From contig NC_058368.1 in the NCBI RefSeq assembly GCF_018350175.1, forward strand, positions 30,444,001 to 30,508,000: DNA of 64,000 nucleotides, given 5' to 3'. The notes beneath the pieces are model-generated. The model did not search any database, was not told the origin of the DNA, and saw only the letters and a program-made list of their open reading frames with translations. Position 1 is the stretch's first letter; the number at the start of each line of letters is the position of its first letter. Made by a program: the position numbers and the translations under genes. Below are positions 1 to 11,935 of this stretch, piece by piece. Origin of the DNA: Felis catus (taxonomy: Eukaryota).

Positions 1-99
1 GTTCTTGATTAGATAATGTAAGTATAAGGTAAAAAAAAATTTAAAAGTTATATAAAGTAAAGGGTAACTCCTTCTGTCATTATTGTTCTACCAATCTCT

Positions 100-328
100 G
101 TTTCTCACCCAGGAAACAATCACTCTTACTTGTGTTTAATGCATTCTTCCAGAAAATACAACATTTGTACCATTTAAAAAAAAATAATACATACAAATTT
201 TGGTAGGCATACACATTGTTCATTTGCTTGCTTTTGTTTTTCACTTAACAATGTATCTTGGAGCAAGTTCCATATTGGTACTTAGTTATGTTACCTTGTT
301 CATTTTAATTACTGCATGACATCACACA

Positions 329-364
<36 letters not shown>

Positions 365-555
365 TGTGTGTGTGTCTGTGTATACTGGATTTATTTAATA
401 GCTTTTTATTGAGTGTTTAAATTCTTCCTAATTTGTTATTATAAAATGCTACAAGAGATATTCTTGAATGTGCATTTTTTGCAATCACATTAAAGAATAT
501 CTGTAAAATTAATTCCTATAGGTTAAACTGTTGGGTCAAATGTTATGTGTGTTTG
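100..555 (-). mobile_element. Ancient L1M (L1ME-like) 3' end fragment
   Basis: Antisense L1 3' motifs such as 'ttttcacttaacaatgtatcttggag' and 'aattcctataggttaaactgttgggtcaaa'; highly decayed; boundaries approximate. Confidence 0.6.
323..381. repeat. (CA)4-C-(GT)n microsatellite
   Basis: Directly visible: cacacacacgtgtgtg... with ctgtg interruptions. Confidence 0.95.
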
Positions 556-1429
556 TTTATCCTATTTTTATGGAGTCTTTAGTTTCTCAGAATTGAATTA
601 CTTGATAAATTTGCTTAAATTCTGAACATGATGAAACTTATCTCAAATTTCATTCACAAGGCTTGTGATCAGGAACTCTGTTTTACTGAGGCTTATTTAA
701 AAATATAACCTACTATTTTGTTGTTGTTGTTCAGCCTTTCAAAACAATGAGAAAAATGGTTGCAGAAAAAAGGAAATGTATTGCATTTATTTTGTTCTTG
801 TCTTTTTAAAGAAAATTATCTTACATTTCAGTATATTTAAAGGTGAAATTAATTGTGTGGGTTGATCATATCCAACAAGGCAACCTTGTTATCTTCTACC
901 TTATTCTCCTGCCCCCCATATTTTCCAAACTTAGTTCCATATAACTGAGACTATTCAATTTTGATCCAAATAAAATTTTATTACGGACAAATTGGAAAAA
1001 AAATTACTTAGTGACTGGAACCATGGCTGAAGAGAAAATGGCACAGTGGATCTGTATACCTCACCAAAAATTGGGGACGATTTATTTCCAACTCTGTGGT
1101 AGACAGAAATCCAATCAAGAAATGTACCCTTGTTTAGAACCCTGTGATAGACTTTTAACTTTCAATTGCACAAGAGCCTGTAGACAAATGACCGACTGTC
1201 TTTTTTTATGGTGCTAAAATGCTGTGGTCCTCTAGCAAGTAGAATGTTACCCCAGGGAAAAGAGCAAGAAGGGAGTTGGGTACGTGCTACCCACCCAGCT
1301 TTTCATGCTGTAATTCCTCTATCATGGCAAGTTCGTATCTCCTCACTTGAATAATAATGACAGTCATCATGTGTCTATGTGCTGTCAGTCACACAGTGAC
1401 TTTCCTGATTATATTCATGTGTATTTTCT

Positions 1430-1800
1430 TCTGAATTTTCATTCATGCAACAAACAATGCAGTGTTCCTTATGTGGCGATTCTTGGCCACATTCTCTGCC
1501 TGCTGATGTGCCTGTGGTATGATGGCAAAGAGGAAAAACAGTTCCTGCCCTCAGAAAGGTTCTAAAGGAAGTCAGAGAGTTAAACAAAGAAATGTAATAC
1601 CATATGATAAGAGGTATGACTGAAGCATTTAAGTGTACTCTAGGAATATGTAAGAGCTTCCAGGGTTAAGTGGAGGAGATTACCCAGAGGAACAGAGGGG
1701 AAATCTAATCAGTAAAATAAAAAACTGGATAAAGAGAATATTTGAGGAATTCTGACACTATCCCTCCCTGCCTTAACGGCATGCAAAGGCCTACAGACCT
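1430..1800 (-). mobile_element. L2 LINE relic
   Basis: 'ttcattcatgcaacaaaca' (antisense L2 3' end) followed by 'cagttcctgccctcagaaag'. Confidence 0.45.
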
Positions 1801-1869
1801 TGAAATGTTTAAGGATCTGCTATATTTTATTTCTTTTCACAGTTTCATGAGCCCATTTTACCAATTATC

Positions 1870-2305
1870 AGATATCCTGGACTGATTGAAAAACAGTTAC
1901 AATTCTTCACCCTTCTCAGTATGAATGCTCTTTGCAATTTGGCTTTGAAGTTCTTCCCATCAAGAGATGGAATACTTCTCTCCACTTCCTGAATCGGGGC
2001 TAACCTGCTTTGGCAACATATTGTGGTAGAAGAAAAGATGTTCCAGTTCCAAACCCATGTTTCCATTCTCTTCAAACTCTGTCCACACCCTGGGATCAAG
2101 CCTGGGCTAGCTTCCTGGAGAGTAAGTGACCATGTGGAACAGAGCCAGATCAGTCCCGTTGTCCCAGCCAAGGCCCTAGGCAGTGAGTGAGGCCAGCTGA
2201 GATCAGCAGGCCCAAAACAGCTTGGCCCTGGACTCAGGGGAAATAATACGTGGTTATCGTGTTAAGACACTAAATTTTAAAATGGTTTATGCGGCTAACA
2301 TTAGA
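1870..2305 (+). mobile_element. MaLR solo LTR (MLT1F/G/H-like)
   Basis: 'cccatcaagagatgga', 'ccatgtggaacagag', 'gtcccagccaaggcc' and 3' 'gttaagacactaaattt' match recalled MLT1 motifs. Confidence 0.65.
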
Positions 2306-3352
2306 GGGGAATTATAAGGATAAATAAAATAATGCACAATAGTCTACCCAGTGACTACCACATCATAAGTGATAAAAACTATCATTTTTGAAGATCAAAT
2401 TAAAATCTGATCGTTAATTTTCTGCTCTTGGCTTGAATATGCACACACACACACACACACCCCTGGAAAATATAGTTTACTGGATAGCTCAACATTCTTG
2501 ATGTGAGTGCTGCCGACCCCCGTTTTCCTAAGAGATTTTTATTATTAAGGTAGTACTAGTTAATAATGAAAATGCTGTGATTGTGATCCTTAGCTGGAGG
2601 TCCCCGAGGAGAGTCCTAGAGTGAAAGAAAGCGTGTGGCTCATGCCTGGAATGGGCCACTCTCCTTTTGTATTATGTCCTCACTGGTTGGAGTTCGCTGC
2701 TATTGCCTCCTTTCATGCCCACTCCCAAATGATGGGCTTGACATTGCTGGGGAAGCTGGTTGTGCGACGGACTTCTCACAAGTCTGCAAAATCCTCATAA
2801 TCCTACAGCTGCCTCCTTAGTGATCAGCCAAGCCATGCATAGGCCTACTCACTGTGACGAGTACTCCTGAATTCTCCATGTAACCCTATATCATATATTG
2901 CATCTTTATATGGTTGACCATCCTGAAATACTGGAAGACTGAAGAGGCCAGTTGCTAGTAAGTCTGGAGTCTGGGCTTGTGTCCTAGGGGAAGCACCAGC
3001 ACTGGATTTTTGGCAGCTGCTTTAAGCTCCTTCAAATAATTTATATATAACATTTGCTGCTACCTTCGACTCCTTGCCTGGCTTTCTTAACAGTCCAGAT
3101 GACCTTTCCTTGGAATCTAGTTACCTTTCGCTTTTCCCATAGAACTATTCCTCACTTTTTGTACTGGAGAAAAATGATCAATCCTTTCTATTCCAAGTTT
3201 CACGCAGGAGCAATCTTTAGAGTTTTCCTAGAAACTGAAACAATCACTGGAGTTCCCTTGGAAAAACGTATTGTCTTTAGTAGGTATAATAGTTTTCATT
3301 TGAAATCATTAGTCAATATTTATTGACTGCTTACTAGGTGATACATGTACAA

Positions 3353-3947
3353 TGTCTTAGTTTGGATTCTCCCAGAAGCAGGCCTTGAGATAAAGACTTG
3401 AGTGCAAGTAGTTTACTCTAGAAGTACAAGTGGGTGGAGCTTAATCCTCTGGAAAAACCTGGGGAAAACAGTAAAGCCCAGACCTCAGAATTATTTTATT
3501 TAATTTTTAATGTTTTATTTATTTTTGAGAGAGAGAGACAGAGCATGAGTGGAGGAGGGGCAGAGAGAGGGAGACGCAGAATCGAAATCAGGCTCCAGGC
3601 TCTGAGCTCTCAGCACAGAGCCCTACATGGGGCTCAAACATAGGTACCGTGAGATCATGGCTTGAGCTGACGTTGGCCATTTAACTGACTGAGCCATCCA
3701 GGTGCCCCAGAATTATTTTATTTAAAAGGTGAAGAAGCTGGAACGTTTATGCTCAACTCCAGAGTCATTATCTAAGGGCTGCTGTGCTAGCCAGGGTAGT
3801 GTCAATTTTGCATGGGCGAAGTGACTTTCCAAGATGTTGGAAAGTAAGTCCTCAGGCATAAAATGCAGGTACTGCAAGTTGGAAATCCTTCAGAAAACAC
3901 TGGTAGCTCTAAGGGATATGGGTAAAGCCCCAACAGCATCTGCTATA
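3353..3947 (-). mobile_element. ERVL-class solo LTR (LTR16/LTR33/LTR40-like), interrupted by a SINE
   Basis: 'cccagaagcaggccttgagataaagacttgagtgcaagtagttt' at the left end and 'gggatatggg...caacagcatctgctata' at the right end. Confidence 0.6.
3504..3708 (-). mobile_element. Can-SINE (SINEC_Fc-like)
   Basis: Antisense tRNA-derived head ending 'ggtgcccc', (GA)n and poly-T; TSD cagaattattttatttaa at 3486-3503 and 3708-3725. Confidence 0.95.
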
Positions 3948-3949
3948 TT

Positions 3950-4230
3950 TAACAAGCACTCTTCATTTATTAGCTCATTTGACCCTTACAGTTCTATGAG
4001 GAAGCCATTATTATCTGTATTTATTCAAAAAGAAAAACTGAGGTTCAGATTAGCTGTGTAATTTGCCCTAGGTTAAATACTAACAAGGTGCGGAGTCAGG
4101 ATTTAGACCCAGGACATGATCCCAATCTATTGAGAAAGTAATGACTTCCCAAATGTCACACAGCTGCTATTTAACAGAGCCAGGGCTATGACCCAGGTCC
4201 CCTGACATGCAGCCTAGTGGCTTTTCCATA
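3950..4230 (-). mobile_element. MIR relic(s)
   Basis: Antisense MIR core 'aaaactgaggttcaga...aatttgcccta' plus a second partial core. Confidence 0.7.
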
Positions 4231-4499
4231 GACATAGCTGGTCATCCTCATTCCCTGTACACTTCCCACCGCTCACTCTGTGTCCTGGGAATTTGGTCCC
4301 CTGAGTTAGTTCTTCTTATATATCTTCTTTAAGGCATTTGATGTTACTTCTTTGTTGAGTTGTTCTGGAAATCACCAACGGGAAATCTGAAGGTTCCCCT
4401 TTCGACCTGTCAAATCCCTGTTTGCAGTCCCAGTGTTTATTTTGGAGATATTCACTTAATTATCTTTATTGATAATTTTATTCCTTTGAAATTGCTTTG

Positions 4500-4635
4500 T
4501 TTGCTCTTCTTACATGTTGTTCCTCTTCCTGAATTGCTCTTCTCTCTCCTTGTCACCTGGCTGATTCTTAACACCTTCTGATCTCACGTGTCACTTCCCA
4601 GAAAGCCTCCCTTGACCTTCCTGACTACATTAAAT
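4500..4635 (+). mobile_element. L2 relic
   Basis: 'tgtcacttcccagaaagcctcccttgacc' resembles the L2 motif 'tcacctcctccaggaagccttccctgac'. Confidence 0.55.
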
Positions 4636-4653
4636 GGAAGTACCATCAATTAG

Positions 4654-5125
4654 CAGTAAAACCTCCATTGTCTGACATGCTCATGCTGAGGCTTGAGACT
4701 ACAGTTACTCTCTAGGATGTCTCCACGCTCCTGTACCTGCCAGTTGAAGTTTTGTCTCACCAAGAGTCAGCCAGGCTCTTCCTGAGCCTATTTATGCTGC
4801 TTGAATTTCTGCTGCACAGGAACATTTTAATTTATCTTTATGCAAACCATTGAAATATGAGCTCAACAACCACAAAATAAGGTGTTGTTGCCTTAAACAT
4901 GAAGTCGAATGCTCTGAAAAGACTCAATCAATTCCAAGGGGCTGAATTTAATAAAAATGTTGACTTCGTTAAGAAGATTGCAAAAGACGGAGATATAATC
5001 ATAAATACCTAGATGGTTTATGACCATCATACGTCTCCTTAAGAAACAGAAAATGGAATGATGGAATCATTCATTTTGGTGTAGTTTAAGCAAAAAACCA
5101 GGAGGCAAATTCCATTTAGAGATGC
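4654..5125 (+). mobile_element. Tigger-like (TcMar) DNA transposon fossil
   Basis: Starts CAGTAAAACCTC; decayed translation 'K*GVVALNMKSNALKRLNQ' (~4876-4930) and 'WV*FKQKTRRQIPF' (~5078-5118) resemble the CENP-B-type HTH domains of pogo/Tigger transposases. Confidence 0.5.
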
Positions 5126-6298
5126 ATATTTCACTTTCTTGATGGGCAAAAATGAGAATAATAAAACCCCGCAGGGAATTTTGAAGACTAGATAGAATAA
5201 TGCTTGCTAAGTGTCCCGTCTAGCGTGTGGCTTGTAGCAAGACATTAGTTTATTCTGCCTGCTATTGTGTATGGAAGCACTTGGTAAATGCTGGTGTTGT
5301 ACAAATGTCAGTTGTTGTTCCAAGAGCCAGGGAGGCAGCAGCCAGGAACAGAGGCAGATTCGGAGTGCCTAGAGATGAATCCAAAGAGAGAACTAGATCT
5401 AGCATCGTTGCGAATGTTCTCCAACATCTGGGCTGAAACTACTCAAGGGAGGAAGCTGGCTTAAGCCCAAGCCTGCAAAAGCTTGCTTTTCCTTTCATTG
5501 AGGAGCCAAGCTCAGAACTCAGAAGCTGACAGAAGTTGGGCTTGATCAGGTTCATCAGAAAGAGCAAGGGGCTCCTGTTCTGCTGGGTGGGTTCCCAGCA
5601 AAGACTGAGCAAAGGCTGTAGCCATGACAGTCTTTATTTGGAAGACAAAGGACAGCACATGACCCTGGATAAAAAAAAAACAGGGGAGAAGGCCAGTGAT
5701 GCATCATATGAGACAACTCTCTACAAGCACAAAAGAAAAGCTTAAAAAAATAAGGAGTTTGAAAGTAAATTTAACAAATGCTTGGGAGTCAAGAGCTCAT
5801 TTCTAAGCATAAATTACCGACTGGAAAGGTTTCACTTCTTGCGAACCTTCTTATTTCCAGATTCTTGATAGGGAACAGATCCTATCTGCTCTTCCTAAGA
5901 GCATTTAAGCACTCGGTGGAAGCAGAATGTTCTGGCAGGAACTTCACTAAGTGTAACCTCTGGAGTATGGCAAGCAGGCTGCACTGGGGACTGACATTTT
6001 TGCATAGTATTTATTATGCAACATCAACCATTTAAACAACTGCCAACAGTGTGGTCTCTGAGGAGAGTACAGATTGTGGGCACAACAATGACACTTTGAT
6101 GGTTGTGCCTGGCTTGTCGGTGCAGTGAAGAGGCTAAACCCTGCACATACATAAATATGAGCAAGTCAGCTCTGGTTGCCTGCTTTGCCCTGGGAGAGGG
6201 GGAAGGGTGGGGGTAGATACTTGAAGTAGACTTTGAAAAGTTCCTTTTATATCTAGTTGACTTAAAACATTTCTTGAGGACTTTCTCAATGAAATTAG

Positions 6299-6671
6299 TA
6301 TCTCAGTCCGTTCGTGCTGCTATACCAAATTATTTACCACAGACTAGATGGCTTATACACAACAGATTTGATTTCCCACAGCTCTGGGAGCAGGAAGTCC
6401 AAGATCAGAGTGCCAGTGGGGTATCCCACAGGAGACAACCCTCTACCAGGCTGCAGCCTGCTGACTGCTGGTTGTATCCTCACATGGGAGAAGGGCAGAG
6501 AGAGGGGGACACTGAGGTCTTTTCTTATTAGGGTGCTAATCCCATTCATGAGGGCTCTACCCTCATGACCTGATTATCTTCCAAAGGTCCCGCCTTCTAA
6601 TCATCATACTGGGGGTTAGGATGTCAACATATGAAGTTAGGGTAAGGGACACAAAAATTCAGTCCATAACA
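6299..6671 (-). mobile_element. MaLR solo LTR (MLT1A-like)
   Basis: 'gctgctatac...ccacagactagatggctta', 'gaagtccaagatcag', 'aatcccattcatgagggctctaccctcatgacct'; ends 'attcagtccataaca'. Confidence 0.85.
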
Positions 6672-7520
6672 CTCAGAATTTTAGTAGAACGTCACAAGAA
6701 AAACTAGATGAACTATTTAAAAAAAAACATCCAACTGAATTTTCGTTCTTTAACCTCTTTTACATTCCTCTCTCTCTCTTTTACCTTGTCATTTTTGCCT
6801 CAGCAATACATTCCTCTGCTAGACTGGGGCAGGAGCATGTTCTATTTATCCATGTAGGGCCAGCACCCACCAAAATACCCCCCACATATTGTCCCCTCAA
6901 GGAAAAGAAAAAGAACAGGAAAGAAAATATTAAAGTCATCCTGAAGAGGAAAAGCTCAACCAACAAAGGGATTATGTGCAAAATCTATGTTTGTAAATCA
7001 GTTCTGTAGAAACCACACTATTCTGAACACAAATCCTCTGTCAATTATAGGCACTGAGAAGATCTTTTCCAAGTCTGTGGCTTCTCCTGGAACCAAGAAC
7101 CTGTAGCAACACGGGGAGAGGGTGATTTGGTTCTAGGGTTAGCAGCTGGTGCATCTCTAGCCCTCACAGAGCCGAGGAGCTGATAGCAGAGCCCTGAATT
7201 CTGTGATCTGCTATCAAGAACGATGCAGTTCAAGAGTCAAGAGGAGAAAGAGAGATTCTTTTGCCCTGTCTTTTTAACATCTGGTCTGACCCTCAGCAAG
7301 ACTTTTGAGTAGATGAAGTATATCTTTGGCACTTTCTCCGTTGCTTGTTGTATGTAGTTTGTCCGATTGCCCGTTTCTTTAATTACTCTGCAAACTCACT
7401 TCCCTCTTTTCAGAGTCCAAGATTCTTAACCCTTGATTGTCCCCCTTCAAACCCCATTCCCATCCAGGAACAGCAGAAACCTGAAGACACTGGGATGTGT
7501 TTGCGCATTCAAGTTCTTAA

Positions 7521-7741
7521 AAAAAATTTTTTTTTAATGTTTTTAATTTTTTTTTGTTGGGAGAGAGAGAGCATGATCAGGGGAGGGACAGAGAGAGAGA
7601 CAGAGGGAGACACAGAATCCGGAGCAGGCTCCAGGCTCTGAGCTGTCAGCACAGAGCCGACGTGGGACTGGAACTCACGAACTGCAAGATCATGGCCTGA
7701 GCCAAGTGGACGCTTAACTGACTGAGCCACCCAGGTGCCTC
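7521..7741 (-). mobile_element. Can-SINE (SINEC_Fc-like)
   Basis: Full antisense body; degenerate TSD tgc(g/a)catt(c/t)aa(g/a)ttcttaa at 7502-7520 and 7742-7760. Confidence 0.95.
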
Positions 7742-7811
7742 TGCACATTTAAATTCTTAACCTAGATCAGTCTCTGATAGTTAAAATTTTAAGCCATGAG
7801 ATCAAGTGGAA

Positions 7812-7813
<2 letters not shown>

Positions 7814-7846
<33 letters not shown>
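7814..7846. repeat. (TG)n microsatellite
   Basis: Directly visible. Confidence 0.95.
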
Positions 7847-7847
<1 letters not shown>

Positions 7848-8493
7848 GGCCAGAGGGATTTAAGAAGTAGTCAATCTAGCCCTGCCTAGAATATTGTCCA
7901 AAAATTAATTTTTAAGGGTTTATGATTTTTTAATATTCCATTTTCATTAATAATTTAATTTAACAAACATTTACGTGCTCAAATAATGTTTGTTCAAAAT
8001 ATTTACCTTCTCTTTTCAAATTTGGAAATGACAGATTCTCTGCATACTCCATGGTTTTCTGCAGTGGCTTCTAAAAGCAAGGCGAGCGTCCGAGTGTCAG
8101 AGGACAGGAGAGCTGCACTGGCAGCCATTTTTATATGTGAGTGGTTTTTACGCCCAGTGTTTAGAAGTTGGAGACTATTTGCAAACCTCGTTTTTGAAAG
8201 GAAATTGTCTCCCTCTCAAGCCATAGCTTGAAGCTATGTAGTAACCATAGCTAAAGTAACCAGATTTTTCAAATGCAGCAATGGGGGTACAAGGGACAAA
8301 GAAGCTGTGGTTACTGGGAAGTATGCAGAGAATTCAGGATAGGTTTCCGGGAATGAGGAGATGGGACTTCATCCTAGGAAAGCAGGAGGCGCAGGAGCAG
8401 GTGCTTAGCGTGGCCAAAGGGAAGGGGAAAGGATGTGACAGTTCATGGGCAAGGTTAGACATGCTTTGGGATTGTGACTTAAAAGCTAAATTA

Positions 8494-8711
8494 GGGGGCA
8501 CCTAGGTGGCTCAGTCGATTGGGTGTCAGACTCTTGGTGTTGGCTCAGGTCATCATCTCACAGTTTGTGGGATCCTGCCCCGCATTGGGCACTGCACTGA
8601 CGGCACGGAGCCTGCTTGGGATTCCCTCTCCCCCTCTCTTTCTGCCCCTCCCCAGCTTGTGCTCACACTCTCTCTCTTTCTCTCTCAAATAAATAAATAA
8701 ATAAATAATTG
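8494..8711 (+). mobile_element. Can-SINE
   Basis: Head gggggcacctaggtggctcagtc, (CT)n, (AAAT)n tail; perfect TSD aaaagctaaatta at 8481-8493 and 8712-8724 at a TT|AAAA site. Confidence 0.95.
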
Positions 8712-8900
8712 AAAAGCTAAATTACATTTAACAGGAACCAATAACATGTGTGTGAGAGTGAGTATGTTTGTGAAAGAGAGAAGATTGAGAGAGAGAGAGA
8801 GAGAGAGAGACCATGAGATTGAGGGAGAGAAAGGCATGGAAGGAGAATGAAGGGATAGAGAGACTGAAAGAGACGGAGAGAGAGATAAAGATTGAGAGAG

Positions 8901-9505
8901 CTGCAGCCACTCTGGAAAACAGTGTGGAGGGTTCTCAAAAAATTAAAAATAGATCTACCCTCTGACCCAGCAATAGCACTGCTAGGAATTTACCCAAGGG
9001 ATACAGGAGTACTGATGCACAGGGGCACTTGTACCCCAATGTTTATAGCAGCACTCTCAACAATAGCCAAATTATGGAAAGAGCCTAAATGTCCACCAAC
9101 TGATGAATGGATAAAGAAATTGTGGTTTATATACACAATGAAGTACTACGTGGCAATGAGAAAGAACGAAATATGGCCCTTTGTAGTAACGTGGGTGGAA
9201 CTGGAGAGTGTGATGCTAAGTGAAATAAGTCATACAGAGAAAGACAGATACCATATGTTTTCACTCTTATGTGGATTCTGAGAAACTTAACAGAAGTTCA
9301 TGGGGGAGGGGAAGGAAAAAAAAGAGGTTAGAGAGGGAGAGAGCCAAAGCATAAGAGACTCTTAAAAACTGAGAACAAACTGAGGGTAGATGGGGGGTGG
9401 GAGGGAGGGGAGGGTGGGTGATGGGCATTGAGGAGGTCACCTTTTGGGATGAGCACTGGGTGTTGTATGGAAACCAATTTGACAATAAACTTCATATTAA
9501 AAAAA
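8901..9505 (+). mobile_element. Young 5'-truncated feline L1 (ORF2 C-terminus, 3'UTR, polyA)
   Basis: ORF 8892-9281 is the ORF2p C-terminus (QPLWKTVWR...HMFSL); G-rich 3'UTR, AATAAA and A-tail; perfect TSD aaagattgagagag at 8887-8900 and 9506-9519. Confidence 0.97.
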
Positions 9506-9699
9506 AAAGATTGAGAGAGAGACAGAGAGAGAAAGACACGGAGGGATGGCTTTTATTTCCTGCCTCTGGAACTTGGCTTAACCCCACACCTGTGAAAAGT
9601 GGGAATGTCCCTGCACTGGTTCTCAATGTATGATTTGTGGCCTCCTGGACGTTCCTGAAATTATTTCAGCAGGTCAATGAGGTCAACGTTGTTTTTATA

Positions 9700-10545
9700 G
9701 TAATACTTGGTTGTAATTTAGGATTGTATTAGCATTTAGTTTCACGCGCTGGCACTGATGTGCAAAGCAACGGTAGGTGACACTGACGATGTCTCAGCGT
9801 AAATCTTGGCGGTGGCACCAAACAAGAATAGGAATGACACTCCTCACAGCCACATACTCACAGTTAAAGAAATGATCGGTTTTGCTTAAAAATGCCCTTG
9901 AAGAAGCAGTAGAAATTATTGAATTGGTTAGATGTTGACCCTTGGACGCATGTCTTTTGCATATTCTGGGTGACCAAATGGCAAGGTTGCCTAAAGTAAC
10001 TCTGCAGACTGAAATATAGTTGTGTCTCAAGAAAAAGTACTTGTGCCGTTGTTTGAGCTGTGAGATGAACTGTAGGTTTATTTTTTGTAACTGAGTGCCA
10101 ATTTTTACTATTGGCAGACAAAGTATGGTTATTCAGACTTACACTTGGCGAACGTTTTCTCAAAAGTGAACAAATACGCCTGTCTCTTCAAGGCAAACAG
10201 TTGACAGTATTTGTTGCCAGTGATAAAAATGGAGCTTTCTAGTGAAAATTAGAAGTTTGCAACATGTGTATCCACCCTGGTGAATTTTGCCAATTCTTAA
10301 GAATTTCTGACGCACTGGTAGTTCTCTTAATGGATGTGCTCTTTTGATACTATATGATGAATCATGTCAAGATTCTCCAGATAACTAATACATGATGTTA
10401 CAAAGTCATGCATTGGTAAAAAGTTCTATTCAAATTGCAAGAGAGAACAATTGATTTTAAGATAACAGAGTATAAAAAGTTCACTATATGGTTTCAGATA
10501 CCACATTGCAACTAACTTTTAAGAAATAGCACTTGAGGATTTTTT
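9700..10545 (+). mobile_element. hAT-Charlie (Charlie1-like) transposase fossil
   Basis: Decayed translations 'LKNALEEAVEIIELVRC*PLDACLLHILGDQM', 'TEI*L.SQEKVLVPLFEL*DEL' and 'LANVFSKVN..LSLQGK' match hAT/ZBED5-type motifs (TEVRWLSRGKVL; LADIFSKLNELNLSLQG). Confidence 0.8.
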
Positions 10546-11081
10546 TCTGGTGAAGAAGGGAAGTGAATGGAACATCAAGAAAGGATGAGTGGGTTTCGAA
10601 CTCTAAACTTTATACGTATATTCTCCTTAAGATCTATTTATCTGATATTAACATTGATGCATAGACATTATTGTAGTTATTTCCTTGTTTTCCTTTATTT
10701 TCAACTATTGTTGGTTTGTTTGGTTAACCTTTTAAACCTGATTTTAATCCGTAAACATTTTAAAACTTCTGATGTATTTTCACCATTTTATATTCGTCTG
10801 GAGATTTTTATTTCTTTTCCTTTTGTGACTCACAAAAGTTTCCTTGATACTTTTATTGTTGGATTGGAATACATAGATTCTCTTTTTATTTTTTAGTGAT
10901 TATTGTTCCATTTTTAACATAGAGATTGAAGTTTTTTAAGTGATGGCTAAAGACACTCAAGAATCTCTTTCGTCCTGCAGAAATAAGACAAAGAACTTGG
11001 CATTTCAAAATTTCGTCATCATAGAATTCAATTTCCTATATTTTTAAGCAAATACCATGAAATAATAACAGATTTTTAAAA

Positions 11082-11275
11082 ATGTGTATTTATTTTTGAA
11101 GGAGAGAGAGAGAGAGAGAGAGAGAGGCAGAGAGAGAGGGAGACCCAGAATCGGAAGCAGGCTGGCTCTGAACTGTCAGCATAGAGCCCGATGCGGGACT
11201 CGAACTCATTGAACCACAAGATCATGACCTGGGCCAAAGTCGGCTGCTTAACCAACTGACCCACCCAGGAACCCC
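11082..11275 (-). mobile_element. Can-SINE (SINEC_Fc-like)
   Basis: Antisense body with (GA)n; degenerate TSD aa(c/t)ag(a/c)tttttaaaa. Confidence 0.93.
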
Positions 11276-11540
11276 TCAATAGCTTTTTAAAATAAAACTT
11301 GTTAGTTAATAGATTTGTCAACATTTTTAAACTAAGTTATTTATTCTTCATTGCTTCTTTCATCCCAGTCTTTCTGTTCTCATTTTTCTTCCTCACTATC
11401 TACTCTGAGAAGTCTTATTCCCTGCCCTGATGCTCTCACTTTGTTCCTATTAACCCCCTCTAGGTGGTCTTTTCGCTGTTATTGTTGTTGGCTTCTGTCT
11501 TATTCGGTCTCATTTTTCTTTTTGAAAAAGTAAATACGTC

Positions 11541-11610
11541 TATATATATATACATACTATATATACATACATATATATATGTATGTATATATAGTATGTA
11601 TATATATATA
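11541..11610. repeat. Perfect 70-bp AT-rich palindrome
   Basis: Checked by hand: each 10-mer is the exact reverse complement of its mirror partner; no spacer. Confidence 0.95.
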
Positions 11611-11722
11611 TATTTCTCCTTCTAACAGAAAACATATACATTCTTTATACTCTCCTGTGCTTTTCTCACTTAACAACACAACCTGTAAATCACTTCCTAC
11701 CAGGTCATAGATTTATCAATTT

Positions 11723-11935
11723 TTTAAAAATTTTTTATGTTTATTTATTTGAGAGAGAGAGAGAGAGAATGAGCAGGGCAGGGGCAGAGAGAGAGGGAGA
11801 CGCAGATTCTGAAGCAGGCTCCAGGCTCTGAGCTGTCAGCACAGAGTCCAACGCCGGGCTCGAAAGCACAAACTGCAAGGTCATGACCTGAGCCGAAGTC
11901 AGACACTTAACCGACTGAGCCACCCAGGTGCCCCG
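11723..11935 (-). mobile_element. Can-SINE (SINEC_Fc-like)
   Basis: Full body; perfect TSD agatttatcaattt at 11709-11722 and 11936-11949. Confidence 0.96.

Noticed and set aside
11457..11470. CTCF-like CCTCTAGGTGGTCT (and CTAGCAGGTGGTCT near 51980)
   Set aside because: Mismatches at the conserved GGC-RS end and no supporting context.
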